DNA of 64,000 nt from Octopus sinensis (Eukaryota): the NCBI RefSeq assembly GCF_006345805.1, contig NC_043007.1, forward strand, positions 25,048,001 to 25,112,000, read 5' to 3'. The notes under the pieces were generated by a model. That model did no database searches, had not been told where the DNA came from, and saw only the letters and a program-made list of their open reading frames with translations. Both the position numbers and the translations under genes were made by a program. Of the stretch, positions 12,676 through 26,387 are shown one piece after another. Within the stretch, counting starts at the first letter, position 1. Every line of letters starts with the position of its first letter.

Positions 12676-14028
12676 CTGTATCAAATATAAATACATGTAA
12701 GACATAGTATACAAATGAAGTAACTGATGCAGATCTTGGAAAACAAAATGAGATGATTCAGAGCAGATGTTTGGATGCTGACAATTTGGCACAGCTGATT
12801 GGAAATTCTGCCTGTTTTGATGACAGTATATTTTGGTACTGGAGGCTAACAAACTCTCACACACATGCACAGAAATATACACATACAGATAATCGCTGAA
12901 GGCAGCAAGCTGGCAGAATCGTTAGCATGTCAGGCGAAATGCTCAGCAGTATTTCATCAGCTGCTATGTTCTGAGTTCAAACTTACAAATAAAACATTTA
13001 AAATGTTATATTAATCTTCAGTACATAGTTGTACAGAGAGACATTACAATTTCTTAACTGAACACAGCTGACATAAATGCTTTCTCCTTTCCTCATACAC
13101 ACAGAGAAAAATGTTCACACACATAAACAGAAGCAGATAGACATACAGAGACAGTAAAAGGGCGTGGAGGGATGCAGGGAGAGAATGAGAAAAACATTGA
13201 AATGTCTGATGTCAAATAAGTCAGCATTGAATCATCAATGCCAAAACGTCTCATACTCCTTGAAAAATGTATACATGTATGTGTGTGCCAGTATGCATGT
13301 GCATATGTGTGAATATGCATGTATGGGATATATATATACATCTGTGTGCGCATACATATAAATAAATGTCTGTGTGCACATATACATATGTATGTATGAG
13401 ATGTTTAGTCTAGTGGTAAGACAAATCAGCTCGCAATTATAAGGTCGTGGGTTTGATTCCCTGTCCAGATGTGCTGTATCTTTGGACAAAGCACTTCATT
13501 CCAGTTCACTCAGTAGGCAAAAATGAATGCTTGGTCAGCATCAACTTAGCACAGCAGAGTTAAGTCTTAACAAGTCAGTAGTATGACCTAAAGCCTTCAA
13601 GTATGAAGCAGGATATGTCCAGCAGAAAAATACTACATTCACTATTTACCTTTTCTAAGTATATATATGTATATATGTATAAATGTATATGCATGTAAAG
13701 GCAGAGTACAGCCATATGGTTACAAGTTTGCTCTGCAGCCATGAAATCTGAGGGTCAATCCCGCTGCATGGCATTTTTGGCAAATATCCTTTCCTACAGC
13801 CTCAGTGAGCTGACAGAATCATTAGCCCACTGGACAAAACACTTAGCAACATTTTGTTCATCTTTATGCTCTGAGTTCAAATTCCACTGAGGTCAACTTT
13901 GCTTTTCATCCACAACACACTGACTACTTTAATATGGGGCTCAAACTCATGGCCAGTACTTCAACCATATCATCATTGCACTCCTATAACCAGTGCCATT
14001 AGCAGAATCGAACTTGCAATGTGCTTAC

Positions 14029-14116
14029 CTCTGGAGGATATTGAACAGGGACAAGTTCTGGGATTTTATCATTGGTTTCTTTTGTGACGGTCTTACATTT
14101 GATGGCAGCTTGTACC
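14029..14116 (-). CDS. DNAH12: DNAH12-like coding exon 2
   Basis: Acceptor ttcattttcctctccag, donor GTAAGC; 88 nt, phase 2 to 0. Encodes (L)VQAAIKCKTVTKETNDKIPELVPVQYPPE, similar to recalled DNAH12 LV...AK........K.TP.LPP.DYP. Confidence 0.8.
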
Positions 14117-14754
14117 CTGGAGAGGAAAATGAAATTGTAAAATATTGTTCAATACTGTAAAATAATGTTAAATGCTGCTATTGTTCAATATTAAATGGAT
14201 ACTAAAAGCTCGCAGATTCTTTTTGGTAGATTTCTTGATGATGCCATACCAACATGGTAGTTACTGGAAAATAAGTTGATTGATTCTATTGTGTATGCAA
14301 AAATATGCGCATTATTAAAAAGTTACAAGAAAACAAAGTTCCAGAACGAAGGGAGGACACCAAACTATAATTATGCCAAGAAAGACAGGATGGTCATGGC
14401 AGGAACGCTTTTAAAAAGATAAGAAATTTTGAGGGGAAGGAAAAATATGCTACGTGTTCAAAAGTAGTCGATATCAAAAAATAGCAACTAAACCACAATT
14501 TCATTGATATAATAGGTGTAGGCATTGGTGCGGTTAAGAAGCTTGCTTTGCAATCATGTGGTTTCAGGTTCAGTCCCACTGTGCAGTACCTTGGGTTAGT
14601 GTCTCCTATTATAGCCCCAAGCTGATGAATGCCTTGTGAAGGAACCTGCCTATATATATATCTGCCTAGCCATCTCTTGTCAAACTGTCTAACCCATACC
14701 ATCAAGGAAAGCAGACATTAAACGATGATGATGATGATATATATGTGTATGTGT

Positions 14755-15055
14755 GTGTGGAGGCACATGGCCTGGTGGTTAGAATAGCAGACTCACGGTC
14801 GAGGGATTGTGGGTTCGAATCTCAGACTGGGCGATGTGCGTGTTTATGAGTGAAACACCTAAGCTCCACACGGCTCCGGCAGAAGGTACTGGCGAACTTC
14901 TGCTGACTCTTTCGCCACAACTTTCTCTCACTCTTTCCTCCTGCATCTTGCAGCTCACCTGCGACGGACCGGTGTCCTGTCCAGGTGGAGAACCTATACG
15001 CCAAGAAAACCGGGAAACCGGCCCTATGAGCCAAGCGTGGCTCGGGAAGGAACAA
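14755..15055 (+). mobile_element. tRNA-headed SINE (family C)
   Basis: A-box tggcctggtgg and B-box ggttcgaatc. Related copies at 6247-6418, 13395-13520, 18226-18450, 21915-22100, 33095-33430, 44955-45275, 50398-50912 (two in tandem) and 55634-56019. Confidence 0.75.
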
Positions 15056-16229
15056 ACAATATATATATACATACACACATACACACACGCACACACACAC
15101 ACACACACACACACCACACACACACACACACACACATACATACACACACACAGATATATATATATATATATAAATACATATGTGTGTCTTCATTCCCCAC
15201 CACCGCCACTTGACAACTGGTGTTGGTTGGTTTATACCCTTATGACTAACTGTTCAGCAAAAGAAACTGATAGAATAAGTATCAGACTCAAAAAAACAAG
15301 TACTGGGCTCAATCTGTTCAATGAAAAACCCTGAAAGCCGATTCCTCCAGCATGGCCATAGTCCAATGACTGAAACAAAACAAAAAAATCATAAAACAAT
15401 AATCATAACCTTAACATGAACTTGAACCCTAACCCCAGGACTTCATTTCATTGAAACTTGATTAATAGATGCATATTTTTGCATGAGCAAAAGATTCAAG
15501 GAATTTAGTTTCCATAGATGCAGGTGTGGCTGTGTGGTAAGAAGCTTGCTTCACAACCACATGGTTCCAGGTTCAGTCCCATTTCATGACACCTTGGGCA
15601 AGTGTCTTCTATTATAGCCTTGAGCTGAGCAATGCCTTGTGAGTGGATTTGGTAGACAGAAACTGAAAGAAGCCTGTCGTATATATATAAATATATATGT
15701 ATATGTATGTATATGTATATATATATGCATGTGTATATGTATATGTGTATGTATATGTATATGTATATATATATACAGGCTTCTTTCAGTTTCTGACAAC
15801 TGATATTGGTGTGGTTATGTCCCTGTAACTTAGCAGTTTGGCAAATATCACCAACAGAATAAGTACTAGGCTTACAAAGAATAAGACCTGTGGTCGATTT
15901 CTTCAACTAAATGCCTTTAAGATGGTGCTCCAGCATGGCCATAGTCAAATGATTAAAACAAATAAAAAGAAAAAGAAAAGAAAAAGAATATGAAAATTTT
16001 CTGTTTTGGAGCTTAAACTCTGGGATCTCCAATAATATTAGAAGAAAGAGATAATTCATGAGTCTCTAGTGTGATTGCTTGGCCTGCTAGAAATAACAGT
16101 GAAATCTTTTTCAAATCATTCCCTAATAAACCATCTTCATTCTTCTGATATTAGCCCACCTTAACCACCCTTGACACAAATTTGCTGTTTTAAAAGAATC
16201 TAAATTAAAATTTTCTACCAAACATAAGG

Positions 16230-16970
16230 TGTCAAGCTGGCGAAAACGTTAGCATGCCGGGCGAAATGCTTAGTGGTATTTCTTCTGCCGCTACAATCTG
16301 AGTTCAAATTCCGCCGAGGTCGACTTTGCCTTTCATCCTTTCGGGGTCGATAAATTAAGTACCAGTTACACACTGGGGTCGATATAATCGACTTCATACC
16401 TATGTCTGTTCTTGTTTGTCCCCTCTATGTGGGTAATAAAGAAATAGGTATTTTGTCTGCCGTTACGTTGTGAGTTCAAATCCGCTGAGGTCGACTTTGC
16501 CTTTCATGCTTTCGGGGTCGATAAATTAAGTACCAGTTACACACTGGGGTCGATATAATCGACTTCATACCTATGTCTGTTCTTGTTTGTCCCCTCTATG
16601 TGGGTAATAAAGAAATAGGTATTTTGTCTGCCGTTACATTGTGAGTTCAAATCCGCTGAGGTCGACTTTGCCTTTCATGCTTTCGGGGTTGATAAATTAA
16701 GTACCAGTTACACACTGGGGTCAATATAATCGACTTAATACCTATGTCTGTCCTTGTTTGTTCCCTCTATGTTTAGCCCCTGGTGGGTAGTTAAAGAAAT
16801 AGGTATTTTGTCTGTCTTTACGTTCTGAGTTCAAATTCCTCCGAGGTCAACTTTGCCTTTCATCCTTTCAGGGTTGATGAATTAAATATAAGTTGTTGCA
16901 TACTGGGGTCAATCTAACTGACTGGCCCCCTTCCCCAAAATTTCGGGCCTTGTGCTTAGAGTAGAAAAGA
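16230..16970 (+). mobile_element. Tandem multimer (4 units of 171-184 bp) of tRNA-headed SINE family B
   Basis: Head agctggcgaaaacgttagc...gagttcaaattcc, then repeated gagttcaaat at 16300, 16472, 16643 and 16827. Confidence 0.85.
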
Positions 16971-17236
16971 ATTTTGTTCCAAACATCAGCTTAATGGTGA
17001 GAAGAGTATTTTTACTAAATTGCTTATTATTTTAAAAATTCACTGAAACAAGGTAGGGTATTTCATCAGAAATATGATAAGAAAAGGAAAAAAAAAATAC
17101 ATTAGCTAAATGGGATGGTCACAGCTGAAATGCCTTTGATCATAGGTTTGCTTAACCAGGGCTTAATAAGGGTTACAGCACAACAGCAACAACAACAACT
17201 ATAACAAAAACATCAAAAAATAACCAATGTACTTAC

Positions 17237-17433
17237 AATTCTCTGGTCAAATGTTCTTGTTTATATTTAGCAAGTCTAAAATCCAGCAGAGTTCTGGCAG
17301 TATTAGTGATTGGAGCAGGAATTTTATCAGGGTTTATCCGTGGAAATCTGGTGGGAACTTTTTCTAAGTATTTAGATTTTCTTGCTGCCGATTTATCATT
17401 TTTTCGTTTGTTAATTATATTTCCAGACGCCAT
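17237..17433 (-). CDS. DNAH12: DNAH12-like first coding exon (exon probably starts at 17525 with 5' UTR)
   Basis: AAAATGG start at 17433, upstream in-frame TAA at 17497-17499, donor GTAAGT (17231-17236), phase 2. Encodes MASGNIINKRKNDKSAARKSKYLEKVPTRFPRINPDKIPAPITNTARTLLDFRLAKYKQEHLTRE; the end resembles recalled DNAH12 TQSKLLKYRRSKEQQQKINQL. An acceptor cttttcctatcgcag at 17526-17528 implies an upstream UTR exon. Confidence 0.78.
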
Positions 17434-17590
17434 TTTAGCAGCTTGAGATAGCGCTGATGACGCCGGCAAGCAGGTTCCAAGTTCTTTTCTCCAAGATTAT
17501 TCAAAGATTTGTAGAAAAAAATAACCTGCGATAGGAAAAGTTCCATTGTGTGTAACAGGACACATAATACAAGGTTAATACAAAAAGTGC

Positions 17591-18000
17591 AGATCTTTTC
17601 GGTTTGAACGGCAGTTTTATAAAATAATTTCCACGTAACTAAACACTTTTAAACTTCGTATACTGGTAGAATGTGTTTATAAAACATCTTTTTCTCTTGG
17701 CTTTATTGAGAAAATTCTATAGTTTGTAAAATATTTGTTGTTGTTTTTCTTCAATTTCTGCAATTTCAACCAATCAATGACGTCTATTGAGGTGAAAACA
17801 TTCTGTGCCGTATGAATATGTCCCTCGTTTAAGAAACAGATTGGGTTTATTTACATTTGTGAAGAGAAGAAGATACCCTTCCCCCACCCCTAACCCTAAA
17901 ACAGATTGAAATGCAATAGATCAATACTAGGGTCATAATTATGGGTGACAATTTCATATGACACCACTAGAAAAAATTGCCGTTCAAACCGAAAAGATCC
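17591..18000. mobile_element. MITE with about 25-bp TIRs and probable 8-bp TSD
   Basis: GATCTTTTCGGTTTGAACGGCA ... TGCCGTTCAAACCGAAAAGATC; flanks aaaagtgc / gaaagtgc (7/8 identical). Superfamily uncertain (hAT, Merlin or P). Confidence 0.75.
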
Positions 18001-19364
18001 GAAAGTGCTTATTTTGAAGGATCTAACACACCAGGTGCAGTTTTTTACCACAACAGGCTTCAACCCTCAGTTACTAGCACTACACTAAAGATCACATCTA
18101 AACACCCTGACACATACAGCCCCATTGCCCTCAACCAGAATACTACTACATCATCTTAAACAGACTCTGTCTCTCACTCAGTCCAGACTCCAGCCAAACA
18201 CAAAACTATTATATACAAAAATAATTGTGGAGGCGCATGGCCTAGTGGTTAGGGTGCCAGACTCGTGACTGTATGATTGTGGTTTTGATTCCTGGACTGG
18301 GCGACGTGTTGTATTCTTGAGCAAAACACTTCATGTTGCTCCAATCCACTCGGCTAGAAAAAAAATGAGTAATCCTGTGATGGACTGGTATCCCATCCAA
18401 CAGAGAATATAAACACCACGGAAACTGGCCCTTATGAGTGGGCATGATTAAAGAAGGAAACTTTACCTTTTTTTAAAAAAAAAAACAATTGCAACATTAA
18501 AAACTTCACAAACCCCAAATAATGTAGTCAGACACACAACAGCAATAAATGCAGAGGAAGAGCAACTGTCACATCCTAATTTTTTCTTGCCCACCTTTAG
18601 TGTGGCCATCACAAGAATTTAAAGATAGGATTCTCTATGTAGTAACTCAACCTTCTGAAATAATTGTCAAAAGCCTTTAAAACGGAATAACACATTGGGG
18701 AATGCATTTATTGATATACAAGAAAGACAGGGATGGGTACAGAAATGTTGAATCAGGACTAACAAAAGGGTGAGTAAAGCAAAATGAATGACGATCCAGT
18801 TGCTTAGTCAACTGAATTACCTGCTAATTGAATTAGCATTCTGGCTGTCCCACCTGAGCTTGGATCTCATTCTCGTCGCCTATTTTGTATTCTTCAATGG
18901 GTTTAAATGCAAGTGTTGAATGCAAAAGCTTCAATGACTCCAACTGTCAATTCCAAGCACCTACAATTACTTTTCTCTGCTGGAGAGCTACACAGATAGC
19001 CAGGCAACTAACACTGGAGTTGTTTCCCCTGCTTCCATGTTCTTGCCGGTACGACAATTCTTAGGCAGAATCAGCATGACAGTGTTTCACAAGGCTTTAC
19101 TTTCAAATTACAGGTACCATCCATCCAACATGCTTTTATCCAATTTCACCCACAATGCTTGGGTTGATCCAAGGCAATGGCAAAAGATACTTGCCCAAGA
19201 TGTCAACCAGTGGAACTGAACCCAGAACCCTGGGCTTGCAAAACAAACTTAATCATTCAGCCATTCTGCATACTTTAACCTAGGGTTGGTTAGTCCACAT
19301 TACTCTGTAAGGAGCATAGAGCTGGTTTCCTGATTTCTTAGATACTCTTTACTCTCTTTTACTC

Positions 19365-19762
19365 TTTTACTTGTTTCAGTCATTAGACTGCGGCCATGCT
19401 GGAGCACCGCCTTTAGTCGAGCAAATCGACCCCAGGACTTATTCTTTGGAAGCCTAGTACTTATTCTATTTGTCTCTTTTGCCGAACCGCTAAGTTACAG
19501 GGACGTAAACACACCAGCATCGGTTGTCAAGCGATGTTGGGGGGGACAAACACAGATACACAAACATATACACACACACATACATACATATATATATATA
19601 TGATGGGCTTCTTTCAGTTTCCGTCTACCAAATCCACTCACAAGGCTTCGGTCAGCCCGAGGCTATAGTAGAAGACACTTGCCCATGGTGCCACGAAGTG
19701 GGACTGAACCCGGAACCATATGGTTGGTTAGCAAGCTACTTACCACACAGCCACTCCTGCAC
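19365..19762 (-). mobile_element. Full-length tRNA-headed SINE family A with central microsatellite
   Basis: Head ggagtggctgtgtggtaagtagcttgc...gggttcagtcccac, tail gaaacaagtaaaaga. Other copies at about 3385-3665, 4065-4165, 15515-15965, 28195-28385, 35993-36410, 43868-44420, 51235-51600, 52500-52710 and 54925-55080. Confidence 0.85.
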
Positions 19763-20745
19763 CTACATGTCATGTGTTTCAGTCATTGGACTGTGGCCAT
19801 CCTGGGGCACTGCCTTGAGAGGTTTAGACAAACTGAGCCTAGTACTTACGTCTTTTTTTTAAGTTTGGTATTTATTCTATCAATGTCTTTTTCCAAACTG
19901 CCAAGTTATAGGGACGTAAACAAAGCAACATTGGTTGTCAAGCAGTTTGGTGGATAAACACAAACACACACATACTCACATATATATGGGTTCCCACACA
20001 GTTTCCATCAGCCAGATTCAGTCTCAAGGCATTGGCTGCCCTGGGGTTATAGTAGAAGACACTTTCCCAAGGTGCCATGCAGTGGGGCTAAAACCTGAAA
20101 CCCTCATTTTGTTACATAAATTTTGTATTACTTCTATTCCATTTCAAAGAAAACAATTCTTTTAATATTTATTTCACTGGCCGAGTTTCTGGCAAATGAC
20201 AATCTCTGCCAATTTCAGTGCTTTCACTTTCTGGATCATAAAACGAAACATTGCCAGAAATATTACAAGTTAATAATCACGTTCATTGCTCTCCAGATTC
20301 TGTCACACTATTTTGGCTATAACAATATGGATTTCAGTACATTTTCGTTATTACTTAGCATGAAATACATTTTTTCCTGTTTTGCTTCATATGGTTTCTT
20401 TCTGTGTAAAAAATACTTAAAGCGTTGACATTTTTATTCATTCATTAATTCTAAATGCTAAGAAATATCCATTTTTTTACGATCTTTTGAACTTAGAACA
20501 TACAATATGGTGGCCAAAGTGAAACTGCACTGATTGAAAAAGTGAAAGGTGAACATAAAATCACCAATAATCAATAATAAACACATTAATCCTAAAATTC
20601 GCTTGATTTATTATATTTTAACGTTTATGTTTTTTTATTTAATTATTACACTTAACGCTTTTAAGGCGGACGGACAATGTTTCGTTATTAGTACATGGCA
20701 TCAGTCATGAGCGAGTGTGCGAGCAAGTGTGTGCCTGCTTCTTCA

Positions 20746-20795
20746 GTTCTATAGAGCAGATTAAAGATAATGTCACACACTCACTCATGACGTCA
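20746..20795. promoter_or_regulatory. Candidate RFX X-box-like site plus CRE in a unique CpG-containing tract upstream of DNAH12-like
   Basis: GTTTCTATAGAGCA (20746-20759) and palindromic TGACGTCA (20788-20795); motif match only. Confidence 0.25.
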
Positions 20796-20954
20796 TAGAC
20801 TTTTACCGAAAGACTGCAAGACATAATATAGAAAGGAAAAAACAAAATATAAAGAATATGCTACATGTATCGTCAGCCATCTGACTCGACTCTGGCAGAC
20901 CCGCAAATCTACCTTCTTGAATTTGGTATTCAGACGCGCACAGAGCTATAGATA

Positions 20955-21350
20955 CCTATTTCTTTACTACCTACATGGGGCTAAACACAGTGAGGACAAA
21001 CAAGGACAGACAAACGGATTAAGTCGATTATATCGACCCCAGTGCGTAACTGGTACTTAATTTATCGACCCCGAAAGGATGAAAGGGCAAAGTCGACCTC
21101 GGCGGAATTTGAACTCAGAACGTAGCGGCAGACGAAATACCTATTTCTTTACTACCCACAGGGGGCTAAACACAGAGGGGGACAAACAAGGACAGACAAA
21201 CGGATTAAGTCGATTATATCGACCCCAGTGCGTAACTGGTACTTAATTTATCGACCCCGAAAGGATAAAAGGCAAAGTCGACCACGGCGGAATTTGAACT
21301 CAGAACGTAGCGGCAGACGATATACCGCTAAGCATTTCGCACGGTGTGCT
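20955..21350 (-). mobile_element. Tandem dimer of SINE family B
   Basis: Two units 185 bp apart (gaactcagaa at 21111 and 21296), with the same tail-to-internal junction as the 16.2 kb and 31.1 kb arrays. Confidence 0.85.
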
Positions 21351-24025
21351 CAGAGCACGTCTACAGAGGTTTGCCCAAATTTGTTTCCTCATAACTTCCC
21401 GAGAAATGGATATGTTTGGGTGAAAAATTTCTACAAGTATGTGTCGTGTGGCATACATTTAGGTTACAGAGGAATTTCATGCGGAAACCAAAAGTGGAGA
21501 AGCGGGGGGGGGGGGTTTATTTCACGCATCTAGACATTGTTTCCTCATACATACATTATTCCAATTAAATTTTGAAGAAATTACTTTCTAGGTTTACTGC
21601 ACTGTTACCCTTCTTGAATTTTTTTCAATGAATATTGTTTTTAATAAAACGAAAATTTTATTTAAAAATATCCAGTTTTCAGAAAGTTAAATCGCGATGC
21701 AAAATTCTCCCCCCCCCCCCCCCGCTCCCTACGAAAAAGTTTTTCACGACAAATTCCGATATAATCATAATCTACACAATCTGAAAAGTATTTGTAGAAA
21801 TTTCTTTATTGAAAAAATATCTATTTTCTAGAAAGTCATGTGAAAACAAATTGGAAAGGAGGGTAAGCTTCTATAGTTATACGTCACTTCGTCCGCCATA
21901 ATTTTTTTCATGCGCCCTTTTCAAGCCTAGCCAGGCTCATGGGCCCGGTTTCCCAGTTTCTATGACGTATGAAAGAGTGAGAGAAAGTTGGATGAAAGAA
22001 TGCAACAGGGGTCGCTCAATAAACGCACACAACGCCCGGTCTGGGAATCGAAACCGTGAGTCCGCTGCCCTAACCACTAGGCCATTGCGCCTCCACCGTC
22101 CGCCATATTATATGTACAAAGTTCGAAAGATCATATTTTTCTATTACACATTTACAATTGTACTCTATAGTTATATTTTGTCATGTCAAACGGCCCAATA
22201 AAAAAATTACAGTCGATGCAGGTTAATTAAAAGAAAAAGCACAAAAAAAACCCACCCAAAATACTAATAATTTACTTTCAAATTTTAACTATAGAGAAAA
22301 CTGTTCCTTACCTTGAATTATTAATTATTCTTGAGTATAAAGAAAATAATGTGTTTCAAAATATTCAATCATTAATCTGGATTTTCTTAAGTTCTAACTT
22401 TGTTCTATTTTCAAATCTGCGGCGCACCATTTAAAAGAGAACATCGCCACTCTAAGTAGGCGCACGGACTGTTAGAAATAGCAACCAAATGTCCCTCAAA
22501 TCATAGCCTATTGTTTTCAAAAGAAGGCATCGCATAATGTAGACCTTACCTATGTATGTATGTGTGTGTGTGTATGTATGTATGTATGTATGTATGTATG
22601 TGTGTGTGGTGTGTGTGTGTATGTATGTGGTGTGTGTGTGTGTGTGGTGTGTGTATGTATGTATGTGTGTGTGTGGTGTGTGTATGTATGTGTGTGCGTA
22701 TGTATGTATGTGTGTATGTATGTATGTATGTATGATGTATGTGTGTGTGTGTATGTATGTATGTGTGTGTGTGTGTAAGTATGTATGTATGTGCGTATGT
22801 ATATGTGTGTGTATGTATGTGTGTGGTGTGTGTATGTATGTATGTATATGTGTGTGTGGTGTGTGTATGTATGTATGTATGTATGTGCGTATGTATGTAT
22901 GTATTTTCGTTAGATATCTGTATCTAAAGAAAAGGCGGGATACTCATGGCCGGAGCGCGTTTGATCATAGGCCTTGCTCGGTCAGGGCTGACCAAAAGCT
23001 AAACAATAATAGCAATAACAACCAAATTTTCACTCATAAAGATTTGGTCAACCCCAGTGTTACGGTAAAAGACACGTCAACTCCAAGGTGCCGCGAAGTG
23101 AGATCGAACCCGGGAACCATGGAGTTTGCGAAGCGAACATTTTTACCAAACTCCTTACTTGCCCCCGTTGCTTATAAAGTTAAACGATGTTCGATGTCAA
23201 AGTGTCACGACTGCATTATTAAACGACCGAGAACCACTTGAATAAGCATCGCATCTGTCTGGAGGATAAAATATGTATGAAAGTGGCTGACTGGAGTTAA
23301 TTCCGATATAAGAAGACAACTGATTCAGACAGACTTTGGCCAAGGTATATTATAAATATAAATAAATGTATGAGACGACCTGGGGAGAAGTAATGTGGTT
23401 CTGGTCGTTATGTTTCAATTAGATTAATGAGTAAACGATAGCTAAAATAAAGGTAAGGTGGGGTTCTGTCAGCCAAATATCTTCATTGATTTTTGGACTT
23501 GTCCCATGTCGGTTTGTTGTTTATGGTGGTTGGCTTTTGAGTCCCCTCCTCTACCAGCAGAAGGTAGCATTCTGACGAGCTTGGACAACGGGGTTTGCCT
23601 GAAACCTGTCCAGGCTTGAAGAGAAATTACACTGTTGAATGAGAGAGGCGGGTTTATTCATTAAATATGCATGCGAGAGAGAGACAGAGACAGAGAGAGA
23701 AAGAGGAAAAGAGAGAGAGGGGGGGAAAGAGAGAGACAGAGAGATAGAAAAACAGAGAGGGAGAAAGAAGGAAGGAGAGGGAGAGTGTGTGTGTGCGTGC
23801 GCGTTTGCGTGCGTACGAGAGAAAGGGGGGGCAGGCAGACAGAGAAAAGAAAACGAAGGTAAGAAAATAACTTTATTGTGTGTGTGTGTGTATGTATCTG
23901 TGTGTGTATGTATCTGTGTGTGTGTATGTGTGTATCTGTGTGTGTGTGTGTATGCGCGCGCGCGTGCGTACGAGAGAAAGAGGGGCAGACAGACAGACAG
24001 AAAAGAAAATGAAGGAAAGAAAATG

Positions 24026-24062
<37 letters not shown>

Positions 24063-25465
24063 TCATCTATGTGAGTGTGTAAAAGAGAGAGAGAGAGAGA
24101 GAAAAAATATGGGGAGTGATAGAGAAAGAAAACGAAAGTATGTATTAGTAAAAAGAGAAAAAAAAATGAATGAGAAGTGTTAAGGAAGGAAAAAAAAAAC
24201 CGAGTATGTTAATGCGTGTGAGAGAAAGAGAGAGGGAAAATGTGAATACAAGAGAAGGGAAGATTATTGGTATAAGAGAGAGAGAGAGAGATACAGTACG
24301 CGTAAGAGAGAGAGAGAGATACAGTACGCGTAAGAGAGAGAGAGAGGTGGAGGGTCTTTGACAACCAAATTCACTACACAACAATACACAAAATACAAAG
24401 ATTGATAAGGAACTCTATTGTATTACACACATACACACACATATATATAATCAATGCACACGAATTTCTTTCTATTTCTTAACTCAACGTTTCAAAATAA
24501 AAGTTATTAACAATTTGGCATTTAGTCCTAGGTCGACCCTGATTAAGCAGACCTTTAAGAGAAGGCATTCTAGCTGTGACTATCACGTTCTTTCTTCGGG
24601 TTTTTTAAAAATCATTATCTGTTTTTTCGGTGTATTTAAGAAGACAAAGAGTAATCTCAACTCTTTAATAAATTATTGCATGCTACGTTTATATTAAATG
24701 CGTTTATTTACCTTTTCTTTGTAAACTGAAATACATATACAGGACTTCCACAAACTACCTGTATCCAAAAGTTGATTTCGAGTTTCGCCTTATGAACCGA
24801 AATTCGAAGAGTTTAATTAGAAACTTTGATACTTCTGAAAATCTGCTTTATTCCTGTGAAATTTAGCCACAAAAATAACTTCAAATCGAATCAAATATTT
24901 CTTTCTAACTTTCTAAGAACCTTTGTTTCGTTGGGGGTTTTTTTCACCAGCTGGTGGTGGTGATGGCGTTGGTGGTGGTCGTGGTTGTGGACAGGATTTA
25001 TTTAACAGTTAGACATTTCATAAATAAGCTAAACATTTAACCCACGAAAACAAAGAAGGTAGATACTATATACCTCGTAAAGAAATTTTGTAAGCAAAAC
25101 TTGTCTCTCTGCGTATATTAGGGCCCGATTAAGACCCATAGAGGCCCTAAACACTTTAAAGAGTCTAGTGTCCCCCATATATATATAATTCCAAATACAA
25201 GCAATAATAAGACATAAAATAAATTTGTATTTTTTCAAAATGAAACAAAACTAACAGTATGATGGAAAACAAGGTTTTATTTTGACACTAACAACACTTC
25301 GAGATCATATTTCTGACCATATAAACCACTTTGAATATTTTTTTTAGCAAGTTTAAAGTGATTTCTTTTGTGGCGTAAACCATTTACCATTTCTGTGGTA
25401 CCACTCACTTCCCTTAATGCCCTAAGCACGCGCTGGTTTTGATTAATGGTTAATCCAGCGCTGGT

Positions 25466-25830
25466 GTATGTATGTATGTATGTATGTATGTATGTATGTA
25501 TGTATGTATGTATGTGTGTATGTATGTATGTATGTATGTATGTGTGTATGTATGTATGTATGTATGTATGTATGTATGTATGTATGTATGTATGTATGTA
25601 TGTATGTATGTGTGTATGTATGTATGTATGTATGTATGTATGTATGTATGTATGTATGTATGTATGTATGTATGTATATATGTTTGTATGTATGTATGTG
25701 TATGTGGATGTATGTATGTATGTATGTGTATGTATGTATGTGTGTATGTATGTATGTATGTATATATATATGTTTGTATGTATGTATTATGTATGTGTGT
25801 GTATGTGGATGGATGTATGTATGTATGTAT
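25466..25830. repeat. (TATG/TACA)n microsatellite; similar tracts at 22551-22905, 28430-28790, 30675-31068; long (TA)n at 38580-38805
   Basis: Directly visible simple repeats; they generate the YVCM/HTYI ORFs in the track. Confidence 0.95.
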
Positions 25831-26387
25831 GTGTGTATGTATGTACTATTTGCGTACATGCATGAATACGTAGACCCCACCATCCATATATATGTGTGTG
25901 TGTATATATATACATTCAAACACACATATACACGCATATATGCACACGCACACACATGCATACACACACACACACACACACACACATAGGGACAGGTATT
26001 TTATTTTTTTATTTTATTTTATCTAGTTTCAGCTCACGAACTGCGGCCATGCTGGGGCACCGCCATTGTATGCTTCAAATGGCACATCTCAACTCAAAAA
26101 AAGCTATTTTTATAAAACGAGACATTTACCACAAAATGCTCGATGGAAATTCAATAAAATTATCCAACGCATACAACTTCTATGTGAAAAACGAAACGAG
26201 TATTCGTACTGAAAAATCTCGAATAAAAAACATACATGGCAAAATGAAAGACGGAAGATGGAATATACGAGAATTTAGTATTGAGCTACTAAATGTAAAC
26301 CATTCGTTTTATTATCCATTATATATATATATATATATAATGATAAATCTCAGAGCGAGTTATAAACAGTAGCGGTAACACATCGTG

